A stretch of 64,000 nucleotides of DNA from Octopus bimaculoides (taxonomy: Eukaryota), in assembly GCF_001194135.2 (NCBI RefSeq), contig NC_069007.1, forward strand, positions 483,811-547,810, written 5' to 3'. The position numbers were made by a program, and so were the translations under genes. Under the pieces are notes generated by a model. The model did not search any database, had not been told where the DNA came from, and saw only the letters and a list, made by a program, of their open reading frames with translations. This document shows, one piece after another, positions 1-11,776 of the stretch. Numbering within the stretch: position 1 is the first letter of the stretch; every line of letters starts with the position of its first letter.

Positions 1-300
1 CTATTTTAAGAGAGTCAAGTGTGATTTGATCAGGGATTGGCTGTTATTTCAGGCTGCTGGAGTGATATGCGCCCTCACTCGCTGACACATCTGCTGTTGT
101 TGCTTGTCAGCTCAGTCGATTATTTTGTCAGCCTTTCTGTTGATAGATCTATACCAACTACAGAAGTATAAATTTAGCTGCTTGTGTGTATGTCGTATCA
201 CACAGCAAAAAGTCATTCTGCAAGAGTTTGTATTAACTACAGTTCTTTATTGTTGGTGTCAGTTTATTATGATGCGATAGATATCAGTGTTATAGCGAGC

Positions 301-331
<31 letters not shown>

Positions 332-540
332 NNNNNNNNNNNNNNNNNNNNNNNNNNNNNNNNNNNNNNNNNNNNNNNNNNNNNNNNNNNNNNNNNNNNN
401 NNNNNNNNNNNNNNNNNNNNNNNNNNNNNNNNNNNNNNNNNNNNNNNNNNNNNNNNNNNNNNNNNNNNNNNNNNNNNNNNNNNNNNNNNNNNNNNNNNNN
501 NNNNNNNNNNNNNNNNNNNNNNNNNNNNNNNNNNNNNNNN
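332..540. other. Assembly gap (N run)
   Basis: N run flanked by (AT)n. Other gaps: 1608-1617, 2100-2906, 4131-4140, 6712-7099, 8133-8142, 26090-26100, 39737-40150, 43654-44121, 44980-45126, 61761-61916. Confidence 0.98.
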
Positions 541-572
<32 letters not shown>

Positions 573-1404
573 AAATCGATAGAGAAAAGCTGACACAAAT
601 GTGTGACCATATAAATGCACGCACACACACACATATACAGGTAGATATATAGGAATATATACGTGTTTGTTTGTGTGTGTGTAAGTATGTGTGCATCTAT
701 GAGAGTGCTCGCAAATATATTTATATAAATGTGTGTGTGTATATTTTTCGTTTTGACCTTCTACTATTAGCCATTGTTTTATTATTCTTTTACTTTTTTC
801 TAATTGTTTTGTTTTGAGTTTTCAAATTTTTTGTTATTTCCCACAATTCTTCACTTCACTCTTTACTCTCCAGTCTCCCTTGTATCTTTCTTTTTCCTTT
901 CGTTGTTTTTTCATTTTATTTTTGTCCTTTTATCATTTTTCAGTTTTATATCTTTCTTGTTTAATCAAACCGTTTTTGATTCTCAATCACCACAGGGGAA
1001 TCAAAATAAAATTAACGCACAATAAATTGAATTTCTTTCTTTCTTTCTCCCTCTCTCTCATACACACACACACTCATTCTTTTTTTCTTTTAATTTTATT
1101 TTTATTATGCCAATAACTGTGAAACAATAGTGAATTTATTTGCTGATTTTGATGGACGGGTGTGTTGGTGGGAGTGATTCATTATTTTTGTTCGTTTTTT
1201 TGTAGTCTTGTTTTTCATTGTGGTTAAAAAACCACATACTGCCATTTTGTTTTCCACTAATAAAAACATATGTTTGGCATTTTACTTATCATTAATGTTG
1301 ACTGGTTATTCTTATCATTTTCAATATCATTACTATTATCATTATCATCATCATTATCGACGCCGTAGTCGTCATCATCATTATTGTTGTTGTTAATCCG
1401 TTTG

Positions 1405-1607
1405 GTTGGGACTCCGTCGGTTACGACGATGAGGGTTCCAGTTGATCCGATCAACGGAACAGCCTGCTCGTGAAATCAACGTGCAAGTGACTGAGCACTC
1501 CACAGACACGTGTCCCTTAACGTAGTTCTCGGGGATATTCAGTGTGACACAGAGTGTGACAAGGCTGACCCTTTGAATTACAGGTACAACAGAAACAGGA
1601 AGTAAGA
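1405..1607 (-). mobile_element. SINE family C, 3' part, truncated by gap
   Basis: Near-identical to 3960-4250 (GGTTCCAGTTGATCCGATCAACGGAACAGCCTGCTCGTGAAAT...AGAAACAGGAAGTAAGA). Confidence 0.85.
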
Positions 1608-1708
1608 NNNNNNNNNNATGGTTCTATGCCTACTTCCTATATCCATCTCTTCAAATCTTTAGGGATAGATCCTAATGCACCTCTAACTACGAATATTCGT
1701 TTCAAATA

Positions 1709-1740
<32 letters not shown>

Positions 1741-2058
1741 ATATATATATATACATAAAATATATAATATACATACATAATATACATATATATAATATAC
1801 GTATACAATATATGTATGTATATATATAAAATATACATACATAATATAGGTATGTATATATATACATACGATATGTATATGTATACACACATATATACAT
1901 ATAATACTTGCTCATACATATAATATATATATACATATATATATCTTGCCCATATGTATATATGTATATATATACACACGCACATACACATGTATTTATA
2001 TGATATATAAAATACATATATAATATATATGTATGTATATATATATAATATGTATATA

Positions 2059-2099
<41 letters not shown>

Positions 2100-2906
2100 N
2101 NNNNNNNNNNNNNNNNNNNNNNNNNNNNNNNNNNNNNNNNNNNNNNNNNNNNNNNNNNNNNNNNNNNNNNNNNNNNNNNNNNNNNNNNNNNNNNNNNNNN
2201 NNNNNNNNNNNNNNNNNNNNNNNNNNNNNNNNNNNNNNNNNNNNNNNNNNNNNNNNNNNNNNNNNNNNNNNNNNNNNNNNNNNNNNNNNNNNNNNNNNNN
2301 NNNNNNNNNNNNNNNNNNNNNNNNNNNNNNNNNNNNNNNNNNNNNNNNNNNNNNNNNNNNNNNNNNNNNNNNNNNNNNNNNNNNNNNNNNNNNNNNNNNN
2401 NNNNNNNNNNNNNNNNNNNNNNNNNNNNNNNNNNNNNNNNNNNNNNNNNNNNNNNNNNNNNNNNNNNNNNNNNNNNNNNNNNNNNNNNNNNNNNNNNNNN
2501 NNNNNNNNNNNNNNNNNNNNNNNNNNNNNNNNNNNNNNNNNNNNNNNNNNNNNNNNNNNNNNNNNNNNNNNNNNNNNNNNNNNNNNNNNNNNNNNNNNNN
2601 NNNNNNNNNNNNNNNNNNNNNNNNNNNNNNNNNNNNNNNNNNNNNNNNNNNNNNNNNNNNNNNNNNNNNNNNNNNNNNNNNNNNNNNNNNNNNNNNNNNN
2701 NNNNNNNNNNNNNNNNNNNNNNNNNNNNNNNNNNNNNNNNNNNNNNNNNNNNNNNNNNNNNNNNNNNNNNNNNNNNNNNNNNNNNNNNNNNNNNNNNNNN
2801 NNNNNNNNNNNNNNNNNNNNNNNNNNNNNNNNNNNNNNNNNNNNNNNNNNNNNNNNNNNNNNNNNNNNNNNNNNNNNNNNNNNNNNNNNNNNNNNNNNNN
2901 NNNNNN

Positions 2907-2953
<47 letters not shown>

Positions 2954-3959
2954 GTGTGTATATATTTATATATATTTCAAACTAGCCAAAGGAAAACGAT
3001 TTAGTCCCTCATTACACAAGCAGATGTGCTTGCTGTGGCATTCAGAAATACACAAAAATACTGCACATACACATGTACACATAAGAACACATCTATGAAC
3101 AATTATTCCCCCTCCCCATCACACAAACATGTTCAGAAAGTATGGAAGGGTTGCGGGGAAAACAGTAAAATCGATATATCTGTTTTTTTAAATCTCCCAA
3201 TAAAAAAATAACAGACACACAAACAAACAAATAACGCGATAAATAATTGAAATTCGGGAATTGAAATATATCTAATTAGCCAATTAGTGTGTTCTTAATA
3301 GAACTGCGAGAGAAATGATGCTGTCTTAAAGATTTACTTAAATATATGTTGTTTTGAAGGAACTGGAGTAATTCGATATGACAAGGGAAATAACCGTGTT
3401 TCAATAAGTGTTAATGAGAAACCCTGTACCTGTTCCTGCAGAAATAACAGCTAAATATCTTTCACGGCACTCACGACTTGAAATGTAGGAAAGTGATGAA
3501 TGGGACATTATAGTCTTACGTATGCAATGCATGTGTGAATGACGATGCAGTCGTGGCCAGAACGCTTTGATTCGACGTCTGCTCAGTTTTGGGTGATCCA
3601 ACGACCAAATAAAAACTGTTCTAATTGTTGGTATCACGTGACCTGTTTTGCTGTTTTAGTAGTTTTGAATAAGCGACTAGAATTACATCCTCGTATCTGT
3701 GTCAGGTTGTGTGTGTGTGAGAGATCGTGTATGTGTGTGTGTATAAAAGTGGGTGAGAGAGTGCTCGTGTATGTGTATATATGTTGTATGTATCAGTGTG
3801 TGGGCTCTTTGTGTGCGTGTGGTATTTTGTTACGATAAGTTGTGGTAGTAGCAAGTAAGTTGCATTCAAAATGTTTTCGTATTTGTAAGGATGTCAAAAG
3901 TTCACTATTCTTGACTGCAATATCTTCGCCGATGAGTCGGTCATCAGGTCGAATTACTT

Positions 3960-4426
3960 TTGGCACTCCGTTGCTTACGACGTCGAGGGTTCCAGTTGAT
4001 CCGATCAACGGAACAGCCTGCTCGTGAAATTAACGTGCAAGCGGCTGAGCACCCCGCAGACACGTGTACCCTTAACGTAGTTCTCGGGGATATTCAGCGT
4101 GACACAGTGTGACAAGGCTGACCCTTTTGCNNNNNNNNNNCACAGACACGTGTACCCTTAACGTTGTTCTCGGGGATATTCAGCGTGACACAGTGTGACA
4201 AGGCTGACCCTTTTGCATTACAGGCACAACAGAAACAGGAAGTAAGAGTGAGAGAAAGTTGTGGTGAAAGAGTACAGCAGGGTTCGCCACCATCCCCTGC
4301 CGGAGCCTCGTGGAGCTTTAGGTGTTTTCGCTCAATAAACACTCACAACGCGCGGTCTGGGAATCGAAACCGCGATCTTATAACCGCGAGTCCGCTCCCT
4401 TAACCACTGGGCCATTGTGCCTCCAC
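3960..4426 (-). mobile_element. tRNA-derived SINE family C, near full length
   Basis: Minus strand begins GGAGGCACAATGGCCCAGTGGTTAAGGGAGCGGACTCGCGGTTATAAGATCGCGGTTTCGATTCCC (Pol III A and B boxes). A second copy lies at 1405-1607. Confidence 0.85.
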
Positions 4427-4904
4427 TTTCAGATCGAATAATAACGAAGGAAATTTTAATAAATGACAACTGAATAATTTTTTGGCAATATCGTCAGGAG
4501 AGGGAAAATGTTTACAAAATTTCATCTGTTAAAGTAATCTAAATATCTCTACTTTAAATGTAGAAAAAAAGTACTTTGAATATTCTAGTTTTATATAAGC
4601 AATGCGCATGTCAATGACGGCGTAAACTGTCCGTGTAATCACGGCCAGTTTCGAACCATCAACCTCAAGTATGATAAGTATTAAAATGGTTCAATTGCTG
4701 TCATTAAGTTAAAAACTGTACTTGAAACTTACGTTAAAATAATTCTCGACCGCAATTTTGCATCGCAATTTAATATCAGTAATGAACAAGTCGATTGAGA
4801 GATATTTCAATGGAAATTATTCATGTTATATATATATATATATAAGGCGTCACCCAACTGTACACAATAGATTTCACCAAAAGCTACAAACACACTGTTG
4901 TTAA

Positions 4905-5200
4905 GGATATTGTTGAAGTTATTCCTAAAAGATTATGCATGGAGTGCTGAACGCCGACGTATCATCCGCCATTTGTTACCGCCTGAACGTTCTGCTTTGG
5001 TCCGCTTCTCGTTTAGTAAAACTGGTTTCTCTGTTTTTCTTATTGTGATGGACAGAAGGAATGCTTTCCATCAATGAGGCCATCCTTTGTTGTTAACGTC
5101 CCCGAAAAGAGGAGTAGACAGTTATAGCCGAAGGTCCACAGTTAAGCGCTAAGACTACTTCATCCCCAGCGATTTCATAAGTGAACAAATGTGATCACCG
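4905..5200 (-). mobile_element. Possible decayed mariner-type transposase N-terminal fragment
   Basis: Frameshifted minus-strand pieces YEIAGDEV / GDVNNKGWP / SITIRKTEKPVLLNEKR / MADD-VGVQHSMHNLLGI loosely follow the mariner HTH order (YGDE..DERSGRP..ENIEKVRE..IADDVGIS..HDILG). Judged by eye only. Confidence 0.25.
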
Positions 5201-5721
5201 TTTGACAGACATGCTTTTCTGCAGCTCGTCTTTTTCACAAGCAAAGTCCGCAACAAGGTGCTTGGCATCTGGAATATGCCGAAGCGCTCACATCCCCCAA
5301 CCATTCGGACAATTCGAAGGACTGAACTGTAGAAGATCAGTGACAGACAAATATGAGGACGTTCCTGGAAAAAACAGGACATCGATGAAAATCAACAAAC
5401 TTGTCTATTTCGAATTTTTTCGAATCCGGATGCATAAAAAATTTCCAGAAATACCTGATAGTGCTATTAGTATCTCTTTATTACCCACTAGGGGCCAACA
5501 TGGTAGTGCTATTAGGGAGCAATGCTGGGTCGAGATAAACGCTACAGGCATTGAATGCCGTCACCCTGTTATTATATGGGCTACGATCGGGTAGAACCCT
5601 CTGGGTGTCAAGAGAAATAGTTTTGAAGCAGCTTTTTACGCTGCGAGCTTAAATTGAGCTGAGGACAACATTCCCTCACCCGTTTTTCCACGGTCGATAA
5701 AGATAGAGTAGCCATCTCGTT

Positions 5722-5825
5722 GGTTCTGAGTTCAAATTCTGCCGAAGCCGACTTCGGCTTTCATGCTTTCGGCGTCAATAAAATAAGTATTGATCAAGAA
5801 CTGGGATCGATGTAATCGACTTACC
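5722..5825 (+). mobile_element. SINE family A fragment
   Basis: GTTCTGAGTTCAAATTC B-box followed by GCTTTCATGCTTTCGGCGTCAATAAAATAAGTA and ATCGATGTAATCGAC, as in the other family A copies. Confidence 0.8.
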
Positions 5826-6661
5826 ATGGCCTTCTACCTATTAGTAGAGAAGATTATTAATGGTAGTGCTGTTATTAATATTAGTAGCAACAACAGTAGA
5901 GAATTAGGTGAAGAGGGAGGAAAGTCGGCAAGAAGAGGACGATGATAATGGAAAATAGCAGAAGCATTAATAGCAGCCACGTCGTTTGTGTTAACACTGT
6001 ATCCATACTCTACCGTTGGGTGGTAATTGGCAACTTTGCAAACCGATTCCTTTTATTTTGTTTTCCATGACTTGTTTGACGTTTCGGTTATTATCAAGGA
6101 AAAAAGTTTTCCTTTCCCAGCAACGAATCGGTTATTGTTTACTGAAAGGCTTGTTTTATATCCGTATGAATCTGCTGTTGCGATTATAAATTGTTTTGTT
6201 CTTTCAATATTGTATATACACACTGCACTTTACATTGTTTCTCTGTGTTTGTGATTGTGTCAGATTATAAACTCTCTAAGAAATGGAAGACATAAATGGA
6301 ACAATACTCTATTGTTGTCATGTATTGCGTTGTTGCTTTGCCAATGCAAACAGTTGCGTTTTTTCTTGTTTTTGTGGTTTTTTAAAACCCAACTGGCAAA
6401 CATCTGCCGCTGGAATCTCCGATTTACTGTTGCACAGATACGTGATGCTGTTGTTGATATTGTTGTTGTTGTTTATGATATTGCTATTACACCGCTGCTT
6501 CTCCTGAAATATATTATGGTTTCTGGACATAATTCACGTGTACATACCTTCAAAATTATACACACATGTATATATATTCATATATACACACACACATAGT
6601 TTCATATGTAAATATATATATATATATATATGTATATATATTCATATATACACAGTTTCAT

Positions 6662-6711
<50 letters not shown>

Positions 6712-7162
6712 NNNNNNNNNNNNNNNNNNNNNNNNNNNNNNNNNNNNNNNNNNNNNNNNNNNNNNNNNNNNNNNNNNNNNNNNNNNNNNNNNNNNNNNNN
6801 NNNNNNNNNNNNNNNNNNNNNNNNNNNNNNNNNNNNNNNNNNNNNNNNNNNNNNNNNNNNNNNNNNNNNNNNNNNNNNNNNNNNNNNNNNNNNNNNNNNN
6901 NNNNNNNNNNNNNNNNNNNNNNNNNNNNNNNNNNNNNNNNNNNNNNNNNNNNNNNNNNNNNNNNNNNNNNNNNNNNNNNNNNNNNNNNNNNNNNNNNNNN
7001 NNNNNNNNNNNNNNNNNNNNNNNNNNNNNNNNNNNNNNNNNNNNNNNNNNNNNNNNNNNNNNNNNNNNNNNNNNNNNNNNNNNNNNNNNNNNNNNNNNNG
7101 AGAGAGGGTGAGATAAATATAGATATACAAATATATGTCTGTCTACGGATACCTTTGAACCG

Positions 7163-7497
7163 TTTTACTCGTTTCAGTTAGTGGACTGTCGCCTTGCTGA
7201 GACACACCATGAAGTGCATAGTTTTCTTAAATCCCGGTTCATGTTCTATCGACCACTTTCACCGAACTGCTTGGTTATGGAGACTTAAGAAGGAAGCAGT
7301 ATTTCTCCAACGGTGGCGAGGGACAAGAACTCAGAGAGATACACACACATAAGTATATACATATACATACATAGGCGACGGGCTCATTTCGGTTTCTATC
7401 AAACCTACTGACAATGCTTCAATCGACCTGGGGCTACAATAGAACACTTGCCCATGTGGTTGTGAATCAAGAATTTTTATCACGCACCATTGCCTAT
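7163..7497 (-). mobile_element. SINE family D (internal microsatellite), diverged
   Basis: Colinear with 47661-48062, including CGACGGGCT..TTTC.GTTTC and the internal (TACA)n block. Confidence 0.7.
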
Positions 7498-7574
7498 ACA
7501 TGTCTGAATATACATGTCCTGTATATATACGTATATATACCTACCTACCCACACGCACAAATAATCGAGGGGCC

Positions 7575-7740
7575 AATCGATGAGATCAATGCTAGTGCGT
7601 AACTGGTACTTATTCTATCGAACCCGAGAGGATGAAAGGCAAAGTCGACCTTGGCGGAATTTGAACTCAGAACGTAGACAGATGGAATACCGCTAAGCAT
7701 TTCGGCCAGCGTGCTAACGTTTCTGCCAGCTCGGTGCCTT
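7575..7740 (-). mobile_element. tRNA-derived SINE family A
   Basis: GGATGAAAGGCAAAGTCGACC..GGCGGAATTTGAACTCAGAACG...CGTGCTAACGTTTCTGCCAGCTC on the plus strand, shared with many copies in the window. Confidence 0.9.
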
Positions 7741-8035
7741 AATATTTGCATCCATCGACGTTGAATGCACAGGTTAACTGTGTGTCGCATGTCTGAGGTT
7801 AAACGAATTGCAGATGAAGCCTTTTGCTGACGAAGGCAAAGTTCTGCCCAGTCCAGAAATTGAAACCACGTACTTGCGATTGTTAGTGCAACAGCTTAAG
7901 TACTTGGACAAGTGCTTTGAAATCATAAGTATATATACACATCTATATATATATACATACATACATACATATATATGTATGTATATATATCCACAAACAT
8001 CCACACATAGCCCCCACACATACACACACACACAC

Positions 8036-8083
<48 letters not shown>

Positions 8084-8142
8084 GCACACGCGAATGTATG
8101 AATGTGTATATGACATTTAAGCAAAGTGAATANNNNNNNNNN

Positions 8143-8176
<34 letters not shown>

Positions 8177-8575
8177 TGTATATACGTATTTATATGTGCG
8201 TGTGGCTGTATGTATGCTTATATAATTAATTTTAAAGGTAAGAAACAAAAAAGCGTAGGAAAACGGAAAAACAAAAACAGCAGCAATCAGTATGAGTAGA
8301 ACTACGGCACGCACAGCTGTGGTAGGAAAAACCTTTTTAGCGAAGCCTTGTCGTTTATCTTCACGCTTCACTAAACTTTGTAATACATAATTCATCACTC
8401 GTTGTTAATTGAGAAGGAAGCTCAAGGTTTGCCAATAAATAAATAAATAAAAATTAAAGAATATAGAAAATTATATTAATACCGAGATTGCAATAAATAT
8501 TGAAGAAATTTCTAAATAGATTGATAGTACGCTGTGCCCATTCGCTATATTTCATATTTGATTATTAAAGTACTA

Positions 8576-8576
<1 letters not shown>

Positions 8577-8619
<43 letters not shown>

Positions 8620-8620
8620 C
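8577..8620. repeat. (AAT)n microsatellite
   Basis: Direct reading. Confidence 0.95.
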
Positions 8621-9108
8621 ATGATAATAAGAATAAGAAGAATCAGAATTCATTATAATGATATTCTAATGATAATAATGATAATAATATATTGAAAAAA
8701 TATCTAATACTATTATTTTTAAGAATATTCCTATCACAAATTGACTCTTTGGAATTGCTTTATGCGTTTTAATGTTTGGTTTGCAGTCGAAAAGGAACGG
8801 CAAATCTTTAAGTACACAGCTCACGTTCGCGTTCACATTCATTCGCTGTTTATTTCATTCAAACATGTGTGCTTGCCTATATACACACATGTATACATAC
8901 ATATAACAAAGCGTACAGATTTGCACATGCGGTGACTCGAAATATTGCCCATATACACAAATACATGCGAAAATGCCCTCTTCGTTTTGTTGAGATTCCA
9001 ATGAAGCAGCCTCGGATGTAGGTTAGAAACTGACTCTTTCTCTACCGGTAAGAAATCTTTAAATAAAACTGAATAATTAAAATACATACATATATATATA
9101 TATATATA

Positions 9109-9566
9109 CATGGCGGTTGTCTACTCCTTATGCAGAGTTTGACCACCTCCTGTACCTACACCTTAGAACCATCATGGCATCTGATGTTGCTTTTTAAACC
9201 AGACAATGTTCTGAAAAGACACCCACATAGATTGCATCTCCGATTTGGACAACCAAAACCTACAGATAAGTTCTGCTCTTTGTGGATCTTAAAATGTTTT
9301 TTGAGGCCTCCGTTGGATTTGCAAACCTTCTGGCATACACTGCATTGAAAGGTGTGCACAGACATATAGGCAGCATAGTTGGTAGAGGTTCGTTTTTCAT
9401 GCATTCACAGATAAGATTTGAGACCAGCAAAAGACAGGTATGGTCTGTCACAGACTGTGCACACAAAAGGTCATTGTCATTCACCTCGATCGTTACATTC
9501 TTCCTTAGATCTCTTTTGAGACTTGTGTTATCCTGGCCTCTTCAAATGCTTTCACTCCACTCCACA
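9109..9566 (-). mobile_element. 5'-truncated RTE-clade LINE 3' end with three C2H2 zinc fingers (decayed)
   Basis: Minus-strand composite over two frameshifts and one stop: WSGVKAFEEARIT / LKRDLRKNVTIEVNDND / FVCTVCDRPYLSFAGLKSYL*MH...FQCSVCQKVCKSNGGLKKHFKIH...RRCNLCGCLFRTLSGLKSNIRCH. GVKAFEEAR-KR-RK followed by C2H2 matches the RTE/BovB-type ORF end. Both ends sit in TGTA/AT microsatellite. Confidence 0.75.
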
Positions 9567-10240
9567 TACATACATACAGGCAGACAGATATCTGCACGAC
9601 CTAAAGCCTTAAAGAATGATGAACAAGACAACATGCCTTCCTTCACAGCTTTGCTACGAAGTAGGTTGTCGGTCAAAGCTTAGACTAAATTGAAAACACA
9701 AAGAGATAAACATACACAAACGCACATATACATGAAGGATGCATAATACGGGCATAAACACATACACACAAGCACAATGTGCGTGTGTGCGTGAATGAAC
9801 GTATACGCATATATATATGTGTATATATAATAAATAATAAGGGCGGATTGTTAGCAATGTTTCAACCGAAAGACAACGATATATACGTCACTAAAGCAAG
9901 CGAGGGCGCTATTCGGCACCAGTATTGCAAGAAATAAGAGTCAAAACGACTCATAGCCACAATAACGCTGCGTCTTATTTACGGACACGGAAGGGAAAGT
10001 CCTTAAGTAACGGATCAGTGATTACACGATTAGATTAACACTCGTCAGTGGGTCTCATCTTGGATTAAACTCCACTCGCCTTCCCAGCTTGAGGCGCTGG
10101 TGGGAGCCACTGACAAGCGTCAATGTAAACGCGAGGTCACTGGTGATCTGGCTATGACCGGTGCTTAGGAAGCTTGTTCCCCTTGTCACTAAATGAGACG
10201 GTGCGTCATTCTGGCTTTGAATTGTTTTGTATTTACAAAC

Positions 10241-10242
10241 GC

Positions 10243-10289
<47 letters not shown>

Positions 10290-10306
10290 TGTGTGTGTGT
10301 GTGTGT
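10241..10306. repeat. (GCGT)n(GT)n alternating purine-pyrimidine tract
   Basis: Direct reading. Confidence 0.95.
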
Positions 10307-10488
10307 TCCTAGGTCCTCCCCTGTATCTTTTTCAACAGATGTGTTCAACCTGAAATGTCTAGACCCATGGTACTTCCACCCACCGTTCACATGCACAATT
10401 TTAGGACGTGACCACTTACCTCCTCGAATCCAGTGCTTTAGATCGGACAGGAGATTAACCACAGTAGAGAGACATTCCCATGGACTCT

Positions 10489-10578
10489 GCAGCTGAGGGT
10501 CCTGAAACCACACATCCACATCGGTAAATCCGACTGCGACCTTAACGCAGCACCTTAGACCGCTTGACCACTCTATAA
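10489..10578 (-). pseudogene. Decayed tRNA-Leu(AAG)-like sequence (pseudogene or SINE head)
   Basis: Minus strand TGGTCAAGCGGTCTAAGGTG-CTGCG-TTAAGGT-CGCAG-TCGGATTTACCGA gives a Leu-type D arm, a perfect anticodon stem with AAG (10541-10543) and a type-II variable arm. The T arm is degenerate (GTGGTTTCAGGACCC) and the acceptor stem is broken. Confidence 0.6.
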
Positions 10579-11099
10579 TCCACACAACATCTCACCGGAC
10601 CGCCTTTCTTGCGACCGCATGGCAACGACTACTACAGAATAGTCGTTATATTCCGCCCACATCATAATAGCACACCAGAATCATACTACGTACGCTTTAA
10701 ACAGTCACGTGACAACATCGAATTATTTTTTTTTGTCTTCGTTTTCAAAGCCAGCGAGCGGTGTTCTAATTGACATCGTACGAATGAGAAATTATCTGAA
10801 TATAATTTTTTTTCGTTCGTAACAATGTTTAATATTTGATTTCTATTCATTACGAGGCTCTTGAATATTCTAGTCGTAGGCAATCTTGTACAGCGCCGTT
10901 GAAAACGGTTTATTTACTGCAAAGTCATGGTTCAATACATAGCGATGTATTCGTTAATCTCCTTTGAGACTTCCTCTTTATGACTACCTTAGTCGATGTG
11001 CCCATGCGCCATGTAAAAGTATAAGTTGTGATATAAGGAAGAATTGTGTACTATTTCTAGTAAAAGACTCCTTTTATTACTTTGTGATCGTGACGCTTG

Positions 11100-11196
11100 A
11101 TATTTCAGTTTTGAAAATTCACGCGGGATTCAATATAATTAGCAGCACATTTGAAGATGATGTTCCAACATGGCCACAGTTCTATGACTGAAACAT
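11100..11196 (+). mobile_element. SINE family D 3' tail remnant
   Basis: GATGTTCCAACATGGCCACAG...TGACTGAAAC matches the GGTGCCCCAGCATGGCCGCAG...TGACTGAAAC tail of other copies. Confidence 0.6.
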
Positions 11197-11200
11197 TTAA

Positions 11201-11776
11201 CCCATATATACCCCCTGGTTGTGTTTTCGCAACGCAAAACCTGCTCCCACTTGGAATATTACTATTTAAAAATCTCAGAATGTGAGATATTCAGCTACTG
11301 TACTTTGTAGTAAAGATTGTTTGCCAACATAACATGACAGTCCTGGTTTAGGACGAATGTTGCTGTAATCTAGCCCCAGGAGACATCGTCTCCAGCTGGC
11401 TATTCGACACGATCTGTGTCCTTAAATTTTCGAACAAGGGAATCTAGCACCTCCACTCAGCTCAAAACAATATCTGTGTATCGCGATTTCTAGGTTATGT
11501 CGTATAACCAGCTGGAGACGATGTCTTCTGGGGGCTAAATTACATCAACATTAGCCCTAAACCAGGACTGCATGTTATGTTGGCAAACAATCTTTACTGC
11601 TCCTACTTGTTTGGATAGGATCTTGCCGGGAAGCATCTGGTTGAGCATACAAAATGTCCAGGAGGTAGTCGACACCCATAGCTAAAAATTACATACTGTC
11701 CTTCTCTTCCAGATTGTGAAAGCTTACCATAACGTTCAATCTAAATACAGTGAAATTTTTTATGGGCATATATGGG
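11201..11776. mobile_element. Non-autonomous piggyBac-type DNA transposon (576 bp)
   Basis: TTAA at 11197-11200 and 11777-11780. The termini CCCATATATACCC / GGGCATATATGGG form a 13-bp TIR with 1 mismatch and CCC...GGG ends. No ORF. Confidence 0.75.
11307..11600. repeat. Internal long inverted repeat (arms ~11307-11409 and ~11498-11600)
   Basis: AGTAAAGATTGTTTGCCAACATAACATG...AGACATCGTCTCCAGCTGG is matched by its reverse complement CCAGCTGGAGACGATGTCT...CATGTTATGTTGGCAAACAATCTTTACT. Confidence 0.92.

Noticed and set aside
184-3004. Long ORFs with X runs and YI/CV/HT repeats (also 6566-7181, 39630-40401, 43509-45476, 51771-52531, 61650-63060)
   Set aside because: They are translations of N-gaps and dinucleotide microsatellites, which lack stop codons; there is no protein signal.
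7800-7875. CTGACGA...GAAA as a hammerhead ribozyme core (also CTGATGA near 28402)
   Set aside because: Stem II is not followed directly by GAAA, and stems I and III cannot be formed.
10055-10585. 176-aa minus-strand ORF
   Set aside because: It reads through the tRNA-like head and a (CACG)n tract; no domain and no credible start.
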